Part shown: positions 63,571-64,000 of the stretch, one piece after another
Position numbering within the stretch: the first letter of the stretch is position 1
Layout of the letters: each line of letters starts with the position of its first letter
Source of the DNA: Podarcis vaucheri
Lineage: Eukaryota
Assembly: GCA_965113315.1 (NCBI GenBank)
Contig: OZ220379.1
Length of the DNA stretch: 64,000 bases
Strand: one strand, 5' to 3'
Notes under the pieces: generated by a model
What the model was told of the DNA's origin: nothing
Database searches by the model: none
What the model saw: only the letters and a program-made list of their open reading frames with translations
Program-made: the position numbers and the translations under genes

Positions 63571-63796
63571 GCATTTTGCTTGAGTTAAATAATTGCTTAC
63601 CCTCTCACCTTCAGGTGACAGCATTGCTAAAATATCATTGGTAAGAACCTTTTCTTCTCCTTCGGCTGGAGCCATATAGGCAAATTCTAGTTTAGCGATT
63701 GAATCAAAGCACTTCCTTAAGTGAGGCTGAACAGCTTGAGGATTGCGAGTCTGAGCCAAAATCTCCAAGAGCTCATCGTTGGATAAAAAGTAAAAT
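1485..63796 (-). CDS. DNAH6: Dynein axonemal heavy chain 6, partial spliced CDS (43 exons in window, 7357 nt; gene continues beyond both ends)
   Basis: Exon chain with AG/GT(GC) boundaries and matching phases. Dynein motifs: AAA1 GPAGTGKT and [11 protein letters not shown]2 [11 protein letters not shown]3 GITGVGKS, AAA4 GVGGTGKQ, stalk coiled coil, AAA5 [12 protein letters not shown]6 SLGQGQG. Peptides such as [12 protein letters not shown] and [13 protein letters not shown] match DNAH6 as I recall it. Confidence 0.93.
2025..2185 (-). CDS. DNAH6: DNAH6 window exon 42 (AAA6)
   Basis: 161 nt; [15 protein letters not shown]...[16 protein letters not shown]...FTEP. Confidence 0.94.
3080..3505 (+). 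mobile_element. L2-clade LINE 3' fragment with (TAAA)n tail
   Basis: [25 protein letters not shown]...[12 protein letters not shown]; same family as the 53905-54347 copy. Confidence 0.8.
3858..4048 (-). CDS. DNAH6: DNAH6 window exon 41 (AAA6)
   Basis: 191 nt; [22 protein letters not shown]...[28 protein letters not shown]. Confidence 0.93.
4415..5099. mobile_element. hAT (Charlie/Buster-type) non-autonomous element
   Basis: 8-bp TSD GCCTAGCT at 4407-4414 and 5100-5107; right end AAGGTTGAAAACCTCTA; left TIR eroded; GC-rich interior. Confidence 0.65.
5218..5493. mobile_element. hAT MITE (same family as 60901-61140)
   Basis: Ends CAGCGATAGGCAA / TTACCGACCCCTG; TSD ATCTATGG/ATCTATGT. Confidence 0.8.
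5769..5963 (+). mobile_element. tRNA-headed squamate SINE (Squam3-like), degraded
   Basis: A box TAGCTCAGTGG, body GAAACCCTGGAGAGC...GATGGACCAA, tail CTTCCTATGT. Confidence 0.65.
6168..6337 (-). CDS. DNAH6: DNAH6 window exon 40
   Basis: 170 nt; [14 protein letters not shown]...[21 protein letters not shown]. Confidence 0.88.
7367..7502 (-). CDS. DNAH6: DNAH6 window exon 39
   Basis: 136 nt; [45 protein letters not shown]. Confidence 0.88.
7996..8526. mobile_element. Old hAT-like element
   Basis: Inverted ends TAGGGCTGTGCAC / GTACACAGTCCTA; no TSD recognised. Confidence 0.45.
9720..9953 (-). CDS. DNAH6: DNAH6 window exon 38
   Basis: 234 nt; LFNTTIE...[21 protein letters not shown]...[10 protein letters not shown]. 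Confidence 0.93.
10234..10413. mobile_element. hAT MITE
   Basis: Ends CATCGGTGGAGCAAG / CTTCCTCCGCCCCTG; TSD ATCATCTC/ATCATCCC. Confidence 0.65.
10471..10650 (-). CDS. DNAH6: DNAH6 window exon 37
   Basis: 180 nt; [10 protein letters not shown]...[38 protein letters not shown]. Confidence 0.93.
11977..12157 (-). CDS. DNAH6: DNAH6 window exon 36
   Basis: 181 nt; [14 protein letters not shown]...[19 protein letters not shown]. Confidence 0.93.
12429..12809. mobile_element. hAT MITE
   Basis: Ends CAGGGGTGGCCAAC / GTTGGACATACCTG; TSD ATGTAGAC/TTGTACAC. Confidence 0.7.
12935..13002 (-). CDS. DNAH6: DNAH6 window exon 35
   Basis: 68 nt; [22 protein letters not shown]. Confidence 0.92.
14258..14556 (+). 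mobile_element. Sauria SINE with internal deletion removing the B box
   Basis: GGGACGCGGGTGGC start; about 52 nt missing between GGTTAAAC and GGGGTGAGC; TSD TAACTATATGT (14245-14255, 14557-14567). Confidence 0.9.
14846..15010 (-). CDS. DNAH6: DNAH6 window exon 34
   Basis: 165 nt; [16 protein letters not shown]...[17 protein letters not shown]. Confidence 0.93.
15245..15494. mobile_element. Tc1/mariner (Tigger/pogo-like) MITE
   Basis: TA|CAGTGGTACCTC ... AAGGTGCGACTG|TA; internal palindrome GATTGGCTGCAGGA-AGC-TCCTGCAGCCAATC. Confidence 0.75.
17734..18345. mobile_element. TA-targeting MITE (pogo/mariner-like) with internal 118-bp double-hairpin array
   Basis: TIR CCGTATTTTTCGCCCTATAGGACGCAC / GTGCATCCTATGGGGCGGAAAATACGG; TA at the left flank; units start at 17895, 18013, 18131. 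Confidence 0.85.
18478..18603 (-). CDS. DNAH6: DNAH6 window exon 33
   Basis: 126 nt; [42 protein letters not shown]. Confidence 0.93.
19244..19447 (-). CDS. DNAH6: DNAH6 window exon 32 (AAA5)
   Basis: 204 nt; [15 protein letters not shown]...[34 protein letters not shown]. Confidence 0.93.
21038..21277. mobile_element. Tc1/mariner MITE (same family as 33844-34275), nested in an older element
   Basis: TA|CAGTTGTACCTCGGGTTA ... TAACCCGAGGTACCACTA|TA; internal GCTTCAGGTTA repeats. Confidence 0.85.
21852..22048 (-). CDS. DNAH6: DNAH6 window exon 31
   Basis: 197 nt; [27 protein letters not shown]...[13 protein letters not shown]. Confidence 0.93.
22618..22650. repeat. (CA)n microsatellite
   Basis: About 16 CA units. 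Confidence 0.95.
23151..23274 (-). CDS. DNAH6: DNAH6 window exon 30 (stalk CC2)
   Basis: 124 nt; [41 protein letters not shown]. Confidence 0.92.
23523..23832. mobile_element. Degraded hAT element fragment
   Basis: CAGGAGTGCCAACTC start and repeated GCCCCCTCAATAT subterminal motifs, related to the 41927-42416 ends. Confidence 0.45.
24471..24732 (-). CDS. DNAH6: DNAH6 window exon 29 (MTBD)
   Basis: 262 nt; [16 protein letters not shown]...[17 protein letters not shown]...[12 protein letters not shown]. Confidence 0.93.
25833..26249 (-). mobile_element. RTE-BovB LINE 3' fragment
   Basis: [40 protein letters not shown]...; (CAA)n tail; homologous to 44989-45999. Confidence 0.92.
27455..27690 (-). 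CDS. DNAH6: DNAH6 window exon 28 (CC1/MTBD)
   Basis: 236 nt; [10 protein letters not shown]...[50 protein letters not shown]. Confidence 0.93.
28278..28413. mobile_element. Fold-back hAT MITE nested in an older related MITE (about 28169-28440)
   Basis: Long inverted arms; TSD ACCTAGAG/AACTAGAG. Confidence 0.8.
28622..28789 (-). CDS. DNAH6: DNAH6 window exon 27 (stalk CC1)
   Basis: 168 nt; [31 protein letters not shown]...ENADQ. Confidence 0.93.
28957..29021 (+). mobile_element. CR1 LINE extreme 3' end
   Basis: GTTGGACTCAATGGCC...GGTCTCTTCCAACTCT followed by (ATGATTCT)3 octamer tail. Confidence 0.85.
29250..29492 (-). CDS. DNAH6: DNAH6 window exon 26
   Basis: 243 nt; [10 protein letters not shown]...[17 protein letters not shown]...KQLVS. 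Confidence 0.92.
29656..30012 (-). mobile_element. Full-length Sauria SINE
   Basis: Reverse complement of the full unit with A/B boxes; perfect 11-bp TSD GCTTTGAACAG (29645-29655, 30013-30023). Confidence 0.93.
30568..30708 (-). CDS. DNAH6: DNAH6 window exon 25
   Basis: 141 nt; [47 protein letters not shown]. Confidence 0.94.
31031..31183 (-). CDS. DNAH6: DNAH6 window exon 24
   Basis: 153 nt; [29 protein letters not shown]...EGNRDE. Confidence 0.93.
31440..31585 (-). mobile_element. CR1 LINE ORF2 fragment
   Basis: [15 protein letters not shown] resembles the CR1 ATKMIKGLEHLPYEER motif. Confidence 0.6.
33078..33309 (-). CDS. DNAH6: DNAH6 window exon 23 (AAA4)
   Basis: 232 nt; [29 protein letters not shown]...VFLFTDTQ. 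Confidence 0.95.
33844..34275. mobile_element. Head-to-tail dimer of a Tc1/mariner MITE
   Basis: Two left ends, at 33844 and 34050, each preceded by TA; one right end GAGGTAAAACTG|TA. Confidence 0.85.
34849..35003 (-). CDS. DNAH6: DNAH6 window exon 22
   Basis: 155 nt; [15 protein letters not shown]...DYLDDYN...[12 protein letters not shown]. Confidence 0.92.
36070..36745 (+). mobile_element. L1-clade LINE 3' fragment, interrupted by a hAT MITE
   Basis: Decayed frame [25 protein letters not shown]...[10 protein letters not shown]...WKVF, typical of a non-mammalian L1 ORF2 C-terminus; A-rich tail near 36728-36745. Confidence 0.6.
36492..36660. mobile_element. Young 169-bp hAT MITE containing TTAGGG hexamers
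   Basis: Perfect 17-bp TIR CAGTGGCGTAGCGTGGG; perfect 8-bp TSD AATGGAAT. Confidence 0.92.
37499..37731 (+). mobile_element. RTE-BovB LINE 3' fragment
   Basis: [21 protein letters not shown]...TRLND; (AAC)n tail. Confidence 0.92.
37744..38080 (-). mobile_element. Non-autonomous RTE-related retroposon (bipartite SINE-like)
   Basis: Minus strand ends GAGACAGATGGATGCCAACAAC (RTE-type 3' end) and contains AAACCTACACAAATCTGGAGTGGAG, which resembles RTE 5' UTRs. Confidence 0.55.
38359..38432 (-). CDS. DNAH6: DNAH6 window exon 21
   Basis: 74 nt; [24 protein letters not shown]. Confidence 0.9.
38531..38677 (-). CDS. DNAH6: DNAH6 window exon 20
   Basis: 147 nt; [49 protein letters not shown]. Confidence 0.93.
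39002..39216. mobile_element. Tc1/mariner MITE
   Basis: CAGTTGTACCTC ... GTGGTACGACTG|TA; related to 15245-15494. Confidence 0.7.
40554..40725 (-). CDS. DNAH6: DNAH6 window exon 19
   Basis: 172 nt; [10 protein letters not shown]...[23 protein letters not shown]. Confidence 0.93.
41927..42416. mobile_element. CpG-rich hAT non-autonomous element
   Basis: Perfect 8-bp TSD GGATCTAT (41919-41926, 42417-42424); imperfect TIR CAGGGACACGGACT / AGTCGGCGCCTATG. Confidence 0.8.
41990..42028 (+). promoter_or_regulatory. Heptamer-octamer (POU/Oct) site plus TATA-like element inside the hAT element
   Basis: CTCATGA-AT-ATGCAAAT at 41990-42006 and TAAATA at 42023-42028; activity untested. Confidence 0.35.
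42894..43025 (-). CDS. DNAH6: DNAH6 window exon 18
   Basis: 132 nt; [44 protein letters not shown]. Confidence 0.93.
43360..43495. mobile_element. Fold-back hAT MITE
   Basis: Inverted arms of about 57 bp; perfect TSD GTATAAGG; same family as 28278-28413. Confidence 0.88.
43975..44231 (-). mobile_element. 3'-truncated LTR (U3 region)
   Basis: Minus strand starts TGTTATGAGCTGAG; about 57-bp tandem CCAAT-box units; TATA-like GTATATAT near 44022-44029. Confidence 0.6.
44314..44471 (-). CDS. DNAH6: DNAH6 window exon 17 (AAA3 Walker B; GC donor)
   Basis: 158 nt; [34 protein letters not shown]...FWKEIQ; donor CAG|GCAAGT. Confidence 0.9.
44989..45999 (-). mobile_element. RTE-BovB LINE, 5'-truncated, with an open RT C-terminal frame
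   Basis: [16 protein letters not shown] and NLRYADD motifs; no stop over about 1 kb; (CAA)n tail; 12-bp TSD TGATTTAGATTT (44977-44988, 46000-46011). Confidence 0.95.
46269..46397. mobile_element. Fold-back hAT MITE, older
   Basis: Perfect TSD GCCTACAT; inverted GCTGAACTA / TAGTTCAGC arms. Confidence 0.75.
46678..46825 (-). CDS. DNAH6: DNAH6 window exon 16
   Basis: 148 nt; [49 protein letters not shown]. Confidence 0.92.
47436..47657 (-). CDS. DNAH6: DNAH6 window exon 15 (AAA3 Walker A)
   Basis: 222 nt; [14 protein letters not shown]...VPTTDTVRY...[12 protein letters not shown]. Confidence 0.93.
48375..48545 (-). mobile_element. L2 LINE 3' fragment
   Basis: Minus strand [13 protein letters not shown] and ACAGGCCTTCTCAGTGGTGGC motif. 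Confidence 0.55.
48821..48964 (-). CDS. DNAH6: DNAH6 window exon 14
   Basis: 144 nt; [48 protein letters not shown]. Confidence 0.92.
49124..50066. mobile_element. TA-targeting MITE, same ends as 17734-18345, with a 119-bp double-hairpin array
   Basis: TA|CCATATTTTTCGCCCTATAGGACG ... CGTCCTATGGGACGAAAAATACGG|TA; units at 49284, 49403 (partial), 49519, 49638, 49757. Confidence 0.88.
50583..50765 (-). CDS. DNAH6: DNAH6 window exon 13
   Basis: 183 nt; [28 protein letters not shown]...[18 protein letters not shown]. Confidence 0.9.
50869..51660 (+). mobile_element. LTR-like or DIRS/Ngaro-like terminal-repeat fragment
   Basis: GC-rich block in an AT-rich intron; TG start; AATAAA signals near 51544-51560 then a GT-rich tract; no TSD found. 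Confidence 0.4.
51929..52051 (-). CDS. DNAH6: DNAH6 window exon 12
   Basis: 123 nt; [41 protein letters not shown]. Confidence 0.92.
52201..52756 (-). CDS. DNAH6: DNAH6 window exon 11 (AAA2)
   Basis: 556 nt; GIISDLFPG...[16 protein letters not shown]...[32 protein letters not shown]...MMFE. Confidence 0.95.
53239..53690 (-). mobile_element. Probable solo LTR (Gypsy-like), left boundary uncertain
   Basis: Minus strand begins TGTGTGACATCAT, then purine-rich U3, AATAAA near 53377-53382, ends GATCGCCACA; no TSD found. Confidence 0.45.
53905..54347 (+). mobile_element. L2-clade LINE internal fragment
   Basis: [20 protein letters not shown]...[14 protein letters not shown]...LKDLHWL (L2 ORF2 pattern). 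Confidence 0.85.
54543..54650 (-). CDS. DNAH6: DNAH6 window exon 10
   Basis: 108 nt; [35 protein letters not shown]. Confidence 0.93.
55099..55444. mobile_element. Tc1/mariner MITE with TTAGCGG repeats and a damaged right TIR
   Basis: TA|CAGTGGTGCCTCGCAAGACG; many CGTCTTGCG subterminal repeats; right end CGTCTTGCAG lacks most of the TIR. Confidence 0.8.
55459..55607 (-). CDS. DNAH6: DNAH6 window exon 9
   Basis: 149 nt; [12 protein letters not shown]...[25 protein letters not shown]. Confidence 0.93.
55806..56058. mobile_element. hAT MITE
   Basis: Ends CACGGCTCAGCAAACT / AGTTTGCCTACCCATG; perfect TSD CCCTAGTG. Confidence 0.85.
56250..56417 (-). CDS. DNAH6: DNAH6 window exon 8
   Basis: 168 nt; [12 protein letters not shown]...[24 protein letters not shown]...IAE. 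Confidence 0.95.
56513..56650 (-). CDS. DNAH6: DNAH6 window exon 7 (AAA1 Walker B)
   Basis: 138 nt; [46 protein letters not shown]. Confidence 0.95.
57069..57746 (-). mobile_element. Sauria SINE interrupted by a solo LTR
   Basis: The two halves rejoin to the SINE sequence at CATGACTAAG|CCGCTTCTGG. Confidence 0.9.
57200..57521 (-). mobile_element. 322-bp solo LTR, retroviral (ERV class II-like)
   Basis: TG...CA termini; perfect 6-bp TSD ACTAAG (57194-57199, 57522-57527); AATAAA on the minus strand at 57320-57325. Confidence 0.8.
58265..58426 (-). CDS. DNAH6: DNAH6 window exon 6 (AAA1 Walker A)
   Basis: 162 nt; [36 protein letters not shown]...SDGLDYK. Confidence 0.95.
59519..59674 (-). CDS. 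DNAH6: DNAH6 window exon 5
   Basis: 156 nt; [17 protein letters not shown]...[16 protein letters not shown]. Confidence 0.93.
59758..59883 (-). CDS. DNAH6: DNAH6 window exon 4
   Basis: 126 nt; [42 protein letters not shown]. Confidence 0.93.
60901..61140. mobile_element. hAT MITE (same family as 5218-5493)
   Basis: CAGGGGTCAGCAA / TTGCTGACCCCTT; perfect TSD CCATAATA. Confidence 0.88.
61749..61862 (-). CDS. DNAH6: DNAH6 window exon 3
   Basis: 114 nt; [38 protein letters not shown]; donor GTTAGT. Confidence 0.9.
62286..62450 (-). CDS. DNAH6: DNAH6 window exon 2
   Basis: 165 nt; [25 protein letters not shown]...GHPSQ; donor GTAACC. Confidence 0.93.
62978..63128 (-). mobile_element. RTE-clade LINE 3' end with (GAA)n tail
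   Basis: Minus strand GGAAGACGATCTTACTTGGCTATGAATGATCGCCGAAGAAGAAGA. Confidence 0.55.
63516..63569. repeat. Compound (CT)n(CA)n microsatellite
   Basis: Directly visible, about 30 nt into the intron from the exon 1 donor. Confidence 0.95.
63601..63796 (-). CDS. DNAH6: DNAH6 window exon 1 (linker)
   Basis: 196 nt; [31 protein letters not shown]...LSPEGER; donor GTAAGC. Confidence 0.93.
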
Positions 63797-64000
63797 CTGT
63801 TTGCAGATAATTTTGAAAGTGTTAAAACTATTTTTTCAGAAGTTTTTTTTTATCTGTTAAATTTCAAAATATATTCTACACTGAAGTTGTGAGGATAATT
63901 TGAGACAGTAGACTTAATTTGTCTTAAAGCAATTTCTTTCATTTCTGTAAAACATGCTTTTCTATAAATGTATTTTTAAAAGCCTGTGGATTAAGTAATT

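Noticed and set aside
1485-63796. U12-type introns or pseudogenisation of DNAH6
   Set aside because: No donor matches RTATCCT, and all 43 exons join in phase with no stop seen.

Overview
Vertebrate genomic DNA, almost certainly from a lacertid lizard (Podarcis/Lacerta-type Sauria SINEs, BovB, squamate L2/CR1, many hAT and Tc1/mariner MITEs). The whole window lies inside one minus-strand gene, axonemal dynein heavy chain 6 (DNAH6). I reconstructed 43 consecutive coding exons by hand (63796 down to 1485; 7357 nt, about 2452 codons). Splice phases agree at every junction and I saw no in-frame stop. The exons cover the end of the linker, AAA1-AAA4, the stalk/MTBD, AAA5 and part of AAA6; start and stop codons lie outside the window. 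All donors are GT except one GC donor (intron 43026-44313). The introns hold many transposable elements, several with intact target-site duplications (TSDs). Most notable: (i) a TA-targeting MITE family whose interior is a tandem array of about 119-bp double-hairpin units, where two copies keep the fold but not the sequence; (ii) a hAT MITE carrying an exact IgH-type heptamer-octamer-TATA cassette; (iii) a young hAT MITE carrying TTAGGG hexamers; (iv) a retroviral-type solo LTR with a 6-bp TSD inside a Sauria SINE; (v) inverted young BovB copies flanking exon blocks. I found no tRNA, rRNA, snoRNA or CRISPR feature. Repeat family names come from motif recognition, not database searches.
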